From contig CAYZUS010000010.1 of NCBI GenBank assembly GCA_964481885.1, positions 20,426-72,347 on the forward strand: a stretch of 51,922 nt of DNA, written 5' to 3'. Below, piece by piece: positions 23,696-34,600 of the stretch (positions are counted from its first letter, which is position 1; the number at the start of each line of letters is the position of its first letter). The position numbers and the translations under genes were made by a program. Origin of the DNA: an uncultured Actinomycetota bacterium (GTDB taxonomy: Bacteria; Actinomycetota; Humimicrobiia; Humimicrobiales; Humimicrobiaceae). Under the pieces are notes generated by a model, which did no database searches, was not told the DNA's origin, and worked only from the letters and a program-made list of their open reading frames with translations.

Positions 23696-24721
23696 ATGGA
23701 AACACAAAGCAAGAATACCGGAAGGGGATTAATACTGCTCTGCGACCTTAACGGTTATGTTAAGGATATAATCAGTTTGGATTTGCCTGTTCGAAAAGAA
23801 TATCTTTTGGGAAGTCCGCTTATTGATTTGGTAAAAATTACCGGTATTTCCAAAATAAACGATTTTTTTAATACTATTAAGACTAATGGCTACGCTTTTG
23901 ACTGGGAATTCAGTATCTGCATCGGACAGGAAGATATACAGCTGCTTTTTACAGGATTAAACATTGTTAATAATATACTAATTATTGCAACAACTGCTTA
24001 TACCGGTGTCAATGGCTTGTTAGAAGAGATGACCAGGATAGTAAATGAACAGACAAACAGCATAAGGTCCCTTGTCAAAGAAAATAAACAAAATCTAACC
24101 TCAGCTTCAAAAACCGAAGAACTTTATGATGAGCTTAGTTTACTCAATAATGAGCTTGCCAATAATCAGAGGATGCTTGCCAAGAAAAATTTTGAACTTG
24201 AAGGCTTGAATCTCAAGCTGGAAGAGATAAACAGGATAGATGTGCTGACCGGGCTTTTTAACAGGAAATTTTTTTATGAGAAGATAAAGGAAGAAATTGC
24301 CAAATCAAAGCGCATTGGTTACAGCCTTGTTCTTGCTTACATTGACATAAACAGCTTCAAAAGAGTAAATGATGAGCAGGGCCATGTAGCAGGTGACATA
24401 CTGCTGCAGGAATTTGCAGGAATCCTAAAAAATTTTTTAAGAGAAGATAACGATTTTATTTTCAGATTTGGCGGAGATGAATTCATAATAATCCTTACAA
24501 ACTGCAGTGAGGCAGACGCAGAAGATGCAATGAAAAGAACAAATATGGCAATCGCTCTGATTGATGAAACCATCAGCATCTCCTACGGTTTAATTGAACT
24601 TCCGGTAAAAACTAAAAAAAATATTCTGGAAAATATCGACAAATACATAAAAAGCGCTGACAGGAAAATGTATCAGTTTAAGAAAAAACTTAAAAAATCA
24701 GCTGCCGCTGACCCCGGTTAA
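23696..24721 (+). CDS. Diguanylate cyclase (PAS-like N-terminal region, coiled coil, GGDEF domain)
   Basis: 'DVLTGLFNRKFF', 'DINSFKRVNDEQGHVAGD', 'RFGGDEFIIIL'. Confidence 0.9.
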   Translation: METQSKNTGRGLILLCDLNGYVKDIISLDLPVRKEYLLGSPLIDLVKITGISKINDFFNTIKTNGYAFDWEFSICIGQEDIQLLFTGLNIVNNILIIATTAYTGVNGLLEEMTRIVNEQTNSIRSLVKENKQNLTSASKTEELYDELSLLNNELANNQRMLAKKNFELEGLNLKLEEINRIDVLTGLFNRKFFYEKIKEEIAKSKRIGYSLVLAYIDINSFKRVNDEQGHVAGDILLQEFAGILKNFLREDNDFIFRFGGDEFIIILTNCSEADAEDAMKRTNMAIALIDETISISYGLIELPVKTKKNILENIDKYIKSADRKMYQFKKKLKKSAAADPG

Positions 24722-24899
24722 ATGTATTTGCAGCCATCAACCCCTGCATTATTGTGAGGCTGAATTATTTGCCCATATCACTTATTTACTTATGTTATTT
24801 ATATAATTTCCGGGTCCTGATAAGATTATTGCTGAGTTAATTATTTTATTAATATAATACAAAATACCTTACCATAATGAGAGAAATGAGCATTACTTT

Positions 24900-25763
24900 A
24901 TGGAAATAATAACTTCAAGGGTTTTTAATCTGCTTTATGTTTATCTTGACAGTGCCTGGCTGATAGTATTGCTTATAATATTTTTAATAAAAAAGAGATA
25001 TCTGGCAATAATTGCAGGATTAATCGGCGGACTGATTTATTTCGCCGTTGATTATGGCATATTTTATCTTGCGCTTGGGACAAGAGTTGTTGATGGCGCC
25101 CCACCCCTAATCCTGCTGCTATGGCTCAGCGTGAGTTACGGTTTTACAAATTTTGCCTGGATATGGCTGTGGCTTGACAGAGACAGCCATGCATTTGAAT
25201 GGTCCCTCCTTATAATCTTCGGGTGGCTCACTACTGCTTTATTGAGCAATAACTTTGGCAGCGCTTTTCAAATTATCTCAATTTCCCGGGGAACTTCCAG
25301 CTATCACGGCGTTATGGCTTTAATATTGCTGGTTGGCTACGGAATTCTGATAATAAAAAACATAAAAACTGTAAATAATGTGCACATATACAGTAACCGG
25401 GATGCTGACAATACAGGTGAAAGTATTTATCTTAAAAGCCTGCAAAGCAAAATTACTGCCGGGAGCAATACCAAAAACAATATTTCTCAAAAAAACAATC
25501 CTGAAACAATTATTCCGCCTGACAGCATGGTTTCCGGCAGTTATTCTCAGCATGAGAAAATAAATATTTTGTGGATACTGGCCATAGGAATACTTGTGCA
25601 GTTTTCATGGGAATCGGTTCTGCTTGTCACAGGGATAAGGCCGGTAGGGATTTTACCGCTGATAGTTAATTCTATTCTTGAGACCAACCTTGGGCTCCCA
25701 TATCTGTTCCTGATTCATCGTGCAGTTACAAAAAGATTCAGTGAGAATCTGTCAAAAGTTTAA
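24900..25763 (+). CDS. Hypothetical 7-TM membrane protein with a ~65-aa low-complexity loop between TM5 and TM6
   Basis: Seven hydrophobic segments by eye. I recognise no family, and there is no Lys in the last helix. Confidence 0.55.
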   Translation: MEIITSRVFNLLYVYLDSAWLIVLLIIFLIKKRYLAIIAGLIGGLIYFAVDYGIFYLALGTRVVDGAPPLILLLWLSVSYGFTNFAWIWLWLDRDSHAFEWSLLIIFGWLTTALLSNNFGSAFQIISISRGTSSYHGVMALILLVGYGILIIKNIKTVNNVHIYSNRDADNTGESIYLKSLQSKITAGSNTKNNISQKNNPETIIPPDSMVSGSYSQHEKINILWILAIGILVQFSWESVLLVTGIRPVGILPLIVNSILETNLGLPYLFLIHRAVTKRFSENLSKV

Positions 25764-26026
25764 AAACAACACAAAAAAATTTCGAAATGAAAAATAAAGT
25801 GATTGAATATTTGCTTTACTTTATTTAGAATAATAAAATCTGCAGTAAGACTGACATTTCAGAGTAAAGAACTAATAACTGGCAAATAAAAGGCAGAAAC
25901 AGCTATATCTATAGTTGTTTCTAAAAAATCAGGGGTAAATTACAGATTAATGTATCTTTGTTTAAAAAAACAAAGGTTATAAATTTTTTTTAAATTATTT
26001 TATCAAATCATTATCAGGGAGTTTAA

Positions 26027-27802
26027 ATGGAAATAATACATGAAAAATTATCAGCATGGGTTAAAGAAATGGCTTCAATGTGCAATCCTGATTCCTTTGT
26101 CTGGATAGATGGTTCAGAAAGCCAGAAGAACCAGCTGCAAAAACAGGCCATAGAGACTGGCGAAATACTGGAGCTCAATCAGGAAAAACTCCCGGGATGC
26201 CTTTTTCACAGGACGGCACTTAACGATGTCGCAAGAACTGAACATCTTACATACATATGCACCCCTGACAAAAATGAAGCAGGCCCTACAAATAACTGGA
26301 TGGCCCCTGATGAAGCTTATGCAAAAGCCGGCGAGATATTTAAGGATTCCATGGTTGGCAGGACCATGTATGCCATACCTTTTTCAATGGGTCCGGTCAA
26401 TTCTGAGTTCAGCAAAATTGGCGTGGAACTTACTGACAGCATTTATGTTGTTCTTAATATGCTGATAATGACAAGAGCCGGTGTTGAAGTATTAAAAGCT
26501 CTTGGAGAAACCGGCGAATTTACAAAATGTCTTCATTCAAAGGCTGACCTTGATATAAACAGGAGGCTCATTCTTCATTTTCCGCTTGATAATACAATAT
26601 GGAGCGTGGGCTCAGGCTACGGTGGCAATGTTCTTCTAGGTAAAAAATGTCTTTCGTTGCGGATTGCAAGCTTTCTTGGAAAAACTGAAGGCTGGCTGGC
26701 CGAACACATGCTTATCATCGGTATTGAAGATAAGAAAGGCAACGTTACATATCTTGCCGCCGCTTTTCCAAGCGCCTGTGGAAAGACAAATCTTGCGATG
26801 CTTATACCGCCTGAAAGTATGAAGAAAAAAGGCTATAAAGTCTGGACCGTTGGTGACGACATCGCCTGGCTGAGAATAAGGGATGACGGCTCATTGTGGG
26901 CCGTTAATCCTGAGAGCGGATTTTTTGGAGTCCTTCCGGGGACCAACAGCAAAACCAATTATAATGCCGTTGCAACAATGCAGAAAAATACAATATACAC
27001 CAACGTCCTTTTAAAAGAAGATGGGACCGTGTGGTGGGAAGATGCAGATGGTCCGGTTCCCCAGGAAGGAATTGACTGGACAGGAAAGCCATGGAAACCT
27101 GGAACAAAAGACGAAAACGGGAACATAATTAAAGGGGCAAATCCAAACAGCAGGTTTACCGCGCCCATTAAGCAATGCCCTGTTGCATCGCCACACATAG
27201 ATTCACCTCAGGGTGTGCCTATATCTGCCATTATATTCGGCGGGAGAAGGGCACATGTTGCCCCACTTGTTTATGAATCCTTTGACTGGCAGCATGGAGT
27301 TTTCGTAGGCTCCACAATGGCTTCTGAAATTACTGCTGCACAATACGGAGCGCAGGGAGCTGTAAGAAGAGACCCGATGGCAATGATTCCATTCTGTGGA
27401 TACAACATGGCTGATTATTTTTCACACTGGTTAAATGTCGGAAAAAAGATAAAAAACAAACCCGGAATATTCCACGTAAACTGGTTCAGGACAGGTAAAG
27501 ACGGGAAATTTTTATGGCCCGGATATGGCGATAATCTGAGGGTTCTTGAATGGATAATAAAGAGATGCAAAAAAGAGGTTGATGCAGACAGGACTTGCAT
27601 TGGCTTTATTCCAGAAGCCAAAGATCTTGACTTTGAAGGTTTAAATCTGTCCCCGGACACCATTAAAGAACTGCTGGAAATAGATATTTCAGACTGGACC
27701 AATGAAGCACAGGAAGTAAAAAGTTTTTACGATAAATTTGAAGGCAGGATTCCGCAGGAACTGAATGATGAACTTGCAAACCTTGTTAAAAGACTGAAAT
27801 AA
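26027..27802 (+). CDS. pckG: Phosphoenolpyruvate carboxykinase (GTP)
   Basis: 591 aa. 'AAFPSACGKTNLAML', 'VGDDIAWL', 'NPNSRFTAP', 'IFGGRR'. Confidence 0.97.
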   Translation: MEIIHEKLSAWVKEMASMCNPDSFVWIDGSESQKNQLQKQAIETGEILELNQEKLPGCLFHRTALNDVARTEHLTYICTPDKNEAGPTNNWMAPDEAYAKAGEIFKDSMVGRTMYAIPFSMGPVNSEFSKIGVELTDSIYVVLNMLIMTRAGVEVLKALGETGEFTKCLHSKADLDINRRLILHFPLDNTIWSVGSGYGGNVLLGKKCLSLRIASFLGKTEGWLAEHMLIIGIEDKKGNVTYLAAAFPSACGKTNLAMLIPPESMKKKGYKVWTVGDDIAWLRIRDDGSLWAVNPESGFFGVLPGTNSKTNYNAVATMQKNTIYTNVLLKEDGTVWWEDADGPVPQEGIDWTGKPWKPGTKDENGNIIKGANPNSRFTAPIKQCPVASPHIDSPQGVPISAIIFGGRRAHVAPLVYESFDWQHGVFVGSTMASEITAAQYGAQGAVRRDPMAMIPFCGYNMADYFSHWLNVGKKIKNKPGIFHVNWFRTGKDGKFLWPGYGDNLRVLEWIIKRCKKEVDADRTCIGFIPEAKDLDFEGLNLSPDTIKELLEIDISDWTNEAQEVKSFYDKFEGRIPQELNDELANLVKRLK

Positions 27803-27868
27803 TTAACAAATTCATGTTGAATAATTTTTTTTTGAAGTTGTAAATTTTAGTTTCCTGTCAGGCAGAAA

Positions 27869-29209
27869 CTAATTATCAAATGCATACATTACAAGACCGC
27901 TGCAGGGTTTGGGATAAAAATATGTTGATTTCTGAGGCATTACCAGCCCTTTCTCAGAAAGATTTTCAACAGTCTGTATGGAAGCTGCATTAATTATAAA
28001 TCCGGCATCAAAATCTGTTTGCTGCGCTTCAGGGTCAAAGCTTTCAAGGATTTCACCTACAGTGTGAATAAATTTTATTTCCGCTGTTTCGTTATCCTTC
28101 AGCAAAGTTGAAAGGAGCAGTTTATGCAAAATATTTACATCAAGATTCTCAAATTCCGCATCGAATTGTTCCAGGCTGATTTCCAAATCCCTGTAAGCAG
28201 ACTCAATGCTTGTTTTTAAAACTGCAAAAATGCATTCCTGATTAGAAAAAACAATGCAAATACCTTTCTGTCCCGCAGCCAGGCAGGAGGACATTTTTTC
28301 GGATATGTCAGGCATTGTTGCTGGAATTATTTCTACTGTAAAATATTTGCAGATTTTTTCAGTCATTTCTTCGGGGCTGATTTTCCTTTCAAATTTTACA
28401 AGCCTGTGAGTCGGATGTATTGATATGTCCTTCTGGTTTGCAGATACGAAAAGTGAAAGTATAAAGTCTTCAGGCCTGATATCTTCTTCTTCTGTGCTAT
28501 TGTCGGTATAAGCACGGGTCTTTATCGGGACTGATTCCCTGTAAAGCCTGGATGTTTCATATCTGTGGTGACCGTCTGCAATCAGCAATGTTTTTGATTT
28601 CATGGCTTTTATAATAGAAGACAGAGTTTCTCTATCAGATATCTTCCAGAATTTAAATTTAAGCAGTGAATCGTAATCTGCACCGGAAGATATCATGGGC
28701 TCTGCCTGTTTTCCCTTATCGATGATATCCAGAACATTTGAATCTGAATCATTGTAGATGGTATATATAAATTCAAAATTGGTTCTGCAGGCATTAAGAA
28801 GATTAAGCCTGTCTTCCTTTGGTTTGGCAAGGGTTTTTTCATGTCTTAACACCTTCCCGATACCATAGTCTTCAATTTTTAAAAGACCTATAAGTCCGGT
28901 AAAACTCCTGGAACTTCCATCATCGCCCGTAAAAGACTCTTCAAAGATATAGAAGCATTTTTCAGGGTCAACTTTTAATATTCCTTTTTTTATAAAATCC
29001 TGAAGAATTATTTTTGCATTTTCGTATCGACTCCTGTCGCTTGTGTCATCAGGAAGAGTCAGGTTTACAATATTGTACTGGGATTGATCTTTCAGCTGTT
29101 GTTTTTGCAAAGGTGAAATGATGTCATATGGTGGAGCAATGTTTTTAGACAAACCTCCTGCAAGATTCAAATCATAACGCAAACCATTAAAAGGCAGTAT
29201 GTCAACCAT
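27869..29209 (-). CDS. DUF1015 family protein
   Basis: 446 aa. 'LLIADGHHRYETS' and the overall pattern are typical of DUF1015. Confidence 0.8.
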   Translation of the reverse strand: MVDILPFNGLRYDLNLAGGLSKNIAPPYDIISPLQKQQLKDQSQYNIVNLTLPDDTSDRSRYENAKIILQDFIKKGILKVDPEKCFYIFEESFTGDDGSSRSFTGLIGLLKIEDYGIGKVLRHEKTLAKPKEDRLNLLNACRTNFEFIYTIYNDSDSNVLDIIDKGKQAEPMISSGADYDSLLKFKFWKISDRETLSSIIKAMKSKTLLIADGHHRYETSRLYRESVPIKTRAYTDNSTEEEDIRPEDFILSLFVSANQKDISIHPTHRLVKFERKISPEEMTEKICKYFTVEIIPATMPDISEKMSSCLAAGQKGICIVFSNQECIFAVLKTSIESAYRDLEISLEQFDAEFENLDVNILHKLLLSTLLKDNETAEIKFIHTVGEILESFDPEAQQTDFDAGFIINAASIQTVENLSEKGLVMPQKSTYFYPKPCSGLVMYAFDN

Positions 29210-29464
29210 TATTTTAATTCCTTTTTAGTCTTTTGAAAAATTTCAAATAAATTATAATTTAAAAAAGCTGAAATTATAACAACTATTTTTTAAAGTGTAA
29301 CAGCCATCTGGAAATATCCTGTTCCCGGCAAAGTTGAAATGTCCGCTTTAAATATTTTGCCTGCAGATAATCCTCTGCCTTTTATTTTATCACGCAGGAA
29401 GTGGGAACGCTCTGATTCTGCATCAACCCTGTGCTTGCTTTGGTTAAGATATTATTGTTTCTGA

Positions 29465-29512
29465 ATGTATCATAAATCCTTATTTTTGCAGTTAAAATAT
29501 TTTTGTGGCAGC
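29465..29512. repeat. Copy 1 of a ~48-nt imperfect direct repeat in the DUF1015/hypB divergent intergenic region
   Basis: 'atgtatcataaa...gca(g/a)ttaa...tttttgtg(g/t)cagc' is shared with 29598-29646 (~69 % identity by eye). Confidence 0.7.
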
Positions 29513-29597
29513 CTGTATTAGAAAACCCTGCTGCTGCAGTTAAGGTGTAACTGCTGCATAAAACCTTAATCCCTCAGTCAAAATGTTATGTATCTGC

Positions 29598-29646
29598 ATG
29601 TATCATAAAACTTTGTTACCGCAATTAAGAAGTTTTTGTGTCAGCT
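29598..29646. repeat. Copy 2 of the ~48-nt imperfect direct repeat
   Basis: See copy 1. In addition, GCAGTTAAAATA occurs exactly at 29488-29499 and 29665-29676, with related GCAGTTAAGG at 29536 and GCAATTAAGA at 29621. Confidence 0.7.
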
Positions 29647-29750
29647 TTTACAAGGTTGAATAAAGCAGTTAAAATAGTATAATTCATAATCTGTCAGGCA
29701 TTTAAAAGAGCGTAATTTTATAATAATAAGGTGGATGAGTTTGGAGAAAA

Positions 29751-30422
29751 ATGAAAATAGAAGTCATTGAAAATGTAATGCAATACAATAAGGAAGAAGC
29801 AGACATTAACAGGGTTCTGTTTGAAACCAGCAAAGTGCTTGTCGTAAACATACTGTCAGCTCCGGGTGCAGGCAAGACAACTCTCATAATGGAGACCATC
29901 AGGAGGATTGGCAAACAATATAATATCGGAGTAATTGAGGGAGACATCTCATCAACTCACGATTCTGAAAAAATAAAATCATTGACAGATGATGTAGTAC
30001 AGATCAACACTGGCGGGACGTGCCATCTTAATGCTTCAATGGTTGCAAAAGCTGTTGAAAAGCTGGACATCAAAAAGATTGATATATTATTTATAGAAAA
30101 CGTTGGAAACCTGATTTGTCCAGTAGGTTTTGACCTCGGAGAGTCCTGCAGGCTGCTTCTTTCTTCTGTGAGTGAGGGGGATGACAAACCTGTAAAATAC
30201 CCCAAAGCCTTTATTAAAACGGATCTTGTCATACTGAATAAAACTGACATGCTTCCTTACAGTGATTTTAATGATGACTTTTTTTCCGGAAAGATAAGAG
30301 AACTAAATCCTGAAATTGAAATAATCAGGCTTTCCAGTAAAAATGGCCAGGGATTCGGTGACTGGATAAGCTGGATAGAGAAAAAAGCAGCAGCAAAAAT
30401 CAGCGGCAAAATAGAAAAGTAA
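29751..30422 (+). CDS. hypB: Hydrogenase nickel-insertion GTPase HypB
   Basis: 'SAPGAGKTTL', 'ENVGNLICP', 'LNKTD'. GGAG RBS. Confidence 0.93.
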   Translation: MKIEVIENVMQYNKEEADINRVLFETSKVLVVNILSAPGAGKTTLIMETIRRIGKQYNIGVIEGDISSTHDSEKIKSLTDDVVQINTGGTCHLNASMVAKAVEKLDIKKIDILFIENVGNLICPVGFDLGESCRLLLSSVSEGDDKPVKYPKAFIKTDLVILNKTDMLPYSDFNDDFFSGKIRELNPEIEIIRLSSKNGQGFGDWISWIEKKAAAKISGKIEK

Positions 30423-30709
30423 TTCGGCTCAAAAATATATTAGCTTTTTAAAAAGGGTCTAATTTTAATACGTTTAAGTTTTTAAAAACATTCTTCAGTC
30501 TTTGAACAATAAGGAGGACACCGCTGAATTATCTGACAGCATTTGACCCTGAATTTTTTATGAAGGCTTGAGTCCGGTAAATCATCCGGCAGGGTGTAAA
30601 GTAACCTGCTGCTTTTTTCAGGAATGCCATCAGTAAATCAACTTTATCCGGTACAGTTTAAACCCCAAATATTTACAATTAAGCGGCTCCTGACAAGCAG
30701 TCAGGTATT

Positions 30710-30728
30710 GTTACAAACTCATTACAAA
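30710..30728 (+). promoter_or_regulatory. Phased direct repeat GTTACAAA-N3-ATTACAAA (11-bp period), distal site
   Basis: Read directly from the sequence. Confidence 0.45.
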
Positions 30729-30787
30729 TTTACATTTTATTATTGCTATAATTATTTAGAAGTGATAATATTGCATGGTTTTGAAAA

Positions 30788-30806
30788 GTTACAAAAATGT
30801 TACAAA
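30788..30806 (+). promoter_or_regulatory. Phased direct repeat GTTACAAA-N3-GTTACAAA (11-bp period), proximal site, 27 nt before the ATG at 30833
   Basis: Read directly. Same architecture as the 30710-30728 site 78 bp upstream. Confidence 0.45.
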
Positions 30807-30832
30807 TAAAAATATTTTGACGGCAAAATAAA

Positions 30833-31696
30833 ATGCGAATAAGGCTTGGAAAATATTTTATAGATATAAAAAGAAGCTATGTCGGCAGCATGGACCAACC
30901 GGCAGATTCAGCTGATAATAATTCTTTGCCTCTGGCCATTGCTGATAAAGCAGCATCGGATACCTCTAAATCTGCAACCGTCAATCCTGTTTTAAGTAAA
31001 GATACCAATTCCAGTGATATAAACACAATAGAGTTTGTGTCACATGAATTAAAAGGAGTTCTTGGTTCCACGATTCTATGTGTGTATTCAATAAGGGATG
31101 GTTTGCTGGGAATGCTTAATTTCAAACAGAGGGCCAGCGTGGAGACCACCATAAGAAACTTAAGAAGGCTTGAATCGACAATTAAAGATTTCCTGGACAT
31201 ATCCCGGCTGGAAAATGGAAAATTAAAAGTGCGGAAAACCAGTATTAAAGTATCCGAAGAAATTATAAATGAGGTTGAAGATGCATTTTTAACTGAGATT
31301 TATGAAAACAGGGTCGTTTTTGAAAACAGGATACCAAAGGACCTGGTAATAGTCTCAGACAGGACCCTTCTTATGACTATTTTTAATAATCTTGTCAGTA
31401 ATGCAATCAAATACGGCGTTAATGGCGGCAATATAGTTATAGATACCCATGATGGGGAAACTGAAAATAATATCAGCTTTAGTGTATATAATGACGGGAT
31501 ACCGATAACAGAGGAAGATAAATCAAAATTGTTTAAAAAATTTTCGAGACTTGAAAGAGAGCAGGATAAAAAAATAAAAGGAACAGGGCTTGGGCTGTTT
31601 ATAATAAATGATATAATCGAAAGCCTCGGCGGGAGCATCAGGGTTGAAACAAAAGATAATGGCAATGAGTTTATATTTGAGATAGAAAGGGTTTAG
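30833..31696 (+). CDS. Soluble histidine kinase (HisKA + HATPase_c) without a recognisable sensor domain
   Basis: H-box 'FVSHELKGVL', N-box 'NLVSNAIKYG', G-boxes 'YNDGIPI' and 'GTGLGLFIINDIIESLGG'. The stop lies 2 nt before the next ATG. Confidence 0.85.
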   Translation: MRIRLGKYFIDIKRSYVGSMDQPADSADNNSLPLAIADKAASDTSKSATVNPVLSKDTNSSDINTIEFVSHELKGVLGSTILCVYSIRDGLLGMLNFKQRASVETTIRNLRRLESTIKDFLDISRLENGKLKVRKTSIKVSEEIINEVEDAFLTEIYENRVVFENRIPKDLVIVSDRTLLMTIFNNLVSNAIKYGVNGGNIVIDTHDGETENNISFSVYNDGIPITEEDKSKLFKKFSRLEREQDKKIKGTGLGLFIINDIIESLGGSIRVETKDNGNEFIFEIERV

Positions 31697-31698
31697 TT

Positions 31699-34600
31699 AT
31701 GGCTACAGCTATAGAAAACCTGAAAAGTATCAAACAGAATGCTATACAGGACCTTATTGAAAAAGGTCTGCTGTCTGCCACTCGAATTTATGTGGGTATG
31801 TCCACTTGCGAGATTGCAGCCGGAAGCAAAGATGTATGGGATACTTTTCAGAAAGAAATCGCAGACAATTCAATAAAAGATGTACAGTTAAAACAGAAAG
31901 GTTGTGCGGGCAGATGCAATCTTGAACCGACTGTTGAAGTTTTACAGGCGGGAAAGGTACCTTTCAAGTACATAAACGTAAACAGTGAAAAAGCAAAAGA
32001 GATTATAAAAAAACACCTTCTCGAAAACAGCGCCCAGTCTGCAGAAAGATCAGTAAATTTAAAAACGGATCCTTTTGTACTGACTGACAGGTCAAAGTTT
32101 GTCTTCGGAGATGTTGATTTTTTCAGCAAACAAAAAAGAATAACACTTAGAAACTGTGGGATCATTGATCCTGAAAGCATAGATGATTATTTATCAGTAA
32201 GAGGCTATGAATCCCTGGCCAAAGTTCTTACAGATTATACTCCGGGACAGGTCGTGGAAGAGATAACAAAGTCCGGCTTAAGAGGCAGAGGCGGCGGCGG
32301 TTTCCCAACAGGACTTAAATGGAAGCTTGTCGCAAAAGAAGAAGAAAAGGAAAAATATGTAATCTGTAACGCAGATGAGGGTGACCCGGGTGCATTTATG
32401 GACAGAAGTGCCCTTGAAGGAGATCCGCATATCGTCATTGAGGGAATGGTGATTGCCGGCTATGCAGTAGGCGCAAAAAAAGGTTTTGTCTATATCAGGG
32501 CCGAATATCCTCTTGCAATTGAAAGGTTAAGAATAGCAATAAAAGATGCTGAAAAGAATGGTTTCCTGGGTAAAAATATTCTTGGAACAGATTTTAGCTT
32601 TGATATAGAGCTTGTACTTGGTGCAGGCGCATTTGTTTGCGGCGAAGAAACCGCGCTGATACACTCGATAGAGGGTGGCAGAGGCGTCCCGACTACCAAA
32701 CCTCCTTATCCTGCGGTAAGCGGGCTTTGGAACAAGCCGACACTTATAAATAATGTGGAAACATTTGCAAATATTGGCGTTATAATCCTTGATGGTTATG
32801 AGAATTTTGCTTTAATCGGCACAGAAGAAAGCAAAGGTACCAAGGTTTTTGCGCTTTCAGGCAAGGTCAATAACACAGGTCTTATCGAAGTTCCGATGGG
32901 AATTACTTTAAGGGAGATTGTTTATGATATTGGCGGCGGAATAAAAGATAATAAGAAATTCAAGGCATTGCTGACAGGCGGACCTTCCGGAGGCTGTATT
33001 CCTGAGGAATTTCTTGACAGTAAAGTAGATTATGATTCATTAAAGGCACTTGGCTCGATAATGGGCTCCGGTGGAATGATAGTGCTTGATGAAGATGATT
33101 GCATGATAGACATTGCAAGGTATTTTCTTGAGTTTACTCAAAACGAATCCTGCGGCAAATGTACGCCCTGCCGTGAAGGGACCAAAAGAATGCTTGAGAT
33201 ACTTACCAGGATAACTTCCGGAAAAGGGGAAGAAATAGATATTGAAAATCTGATGCGACTTGCCAATCTTATAAAAAAGACTGCACTTTGCGGACTCGGA
33301 CAATCTGCGCCTAACCCGGTACTGACAACAATGAAGTATTTTAAAAATGAATACGACGAACATGTGAAGTTGAAAAAATGTACTGCTGCAGTTTGCAAGG
33401 GAATAATCTCATCACCGTGCCAGCATTCATGCTTTATCGGCGGCAGCGGGATACCTTCCTATATAGGCCTTATAGCTCAGGAAAAATTTGATAAAGCAGT
33501 AAAGATACTTTACAGCGAAAATCCTCTGCCAATTATATGCGGAAGGGTATGCCACCATCCGTGTGAAAGCAAATGCAGAAGAGGAAAGATAGACAAACCT
33601 ATAGCAATCAGGGAAATAAAAAGATTTCTTACCGATTATGCCATGGAAAATAAGATGGATGGCATGCCGGTTCCCGGTACAGTAAAAGAAGGAAAAGTGG
33701 CCATCATCGGTTCCGGCCCCTCCGGACTTACATGCGCCTACTATCTTGCGCTTGAAGGTTATAAAGTTACTATTTTTGAAAAACTACCTGTCGCAGGGGG
33801 GATGCTTGCTGTTGCAATACCTGAATACAGGCTTCCAAAAGCATTACTGCAATACGAGATAAACAATATCCTAAGCCTCGGAGTTGAGCTTAAGTTAAAT
33901 ACTGAGATTGGAAAAGACATAAGTTTTTCGGATCTCAAAAAAGAGTTTAAAGCGATATTTATTGCAGCAGGCGCACACAAAGGACTGAAACTTTCGATAC
34001 CGGGTGAAGATTTGCCCGGTGTTATGGATGCAGTTGACCTGCTCAGAGATATAAACCTTGGGAAAAAAGTAAATATTGGAGAGAGAGCAGCTGTCATTGG
34101 CGGTGGAAATGCTGCAATCGATGCAGTAAGGACGCTTTCGAGACTTGGCGTAAAAGCCAGCCTTCTATACAGGAGGACAAAAAATGAAATGCCTGCATGG
34201 CAGGAAGAGGTAGATGAAGCCATAAATGAAGGTATCGACATACAATACCTTGTCGCACCGGTCAGGGCGATTGCAGAAAATGGCAGAATCAAAAAACTTG
34301 AGTGTATCAGGATGGAGCTTGGTGACATTGATAAAAGTGGCAGGAGAAGGCCCGTTCCAAAGCAGGGCTCTGAATTTATAATTGAGATAGATACGCTTGT
34401 GCCGGCCATAAGCCAGGAACCTGATATTGAATTTATTTCAAATGAAAAAAATGGAATAAAGCTTTCGAAATGGAAAACCATAGAGGTTAATGAAGAAACT
34501 TACTATACAGGAGCGGACGGTATTTTTGCAGGCGGAGATGTTGTTCTTGGTCCCAAAACAGTTACCGAAGCCATGTCACACGGAAAAGTAGCTGCCCTGA

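Noticed and set aside
27849-27870. Hairpin AGTTTCCTG-tcagg-CAGAAACT between the convergent pckG and DUF1015 genes as a bidirectional terminator
   Set aside because: The stem is short and bulged, it overlaps the DUF1015 stop codon, and neither strand has a following U-tract. The evidence is too weak to call.
29355-29367. 13-mer TTTGCCTGCAGAT shared by 2604-2616 (inside flhA), 3734-3746 and 29355-29367
   Set aside because: Shared 13-mers are expected by chance at this window size (tens of pairs). One copy is ordinary coding sequence. There is no common flanking context.
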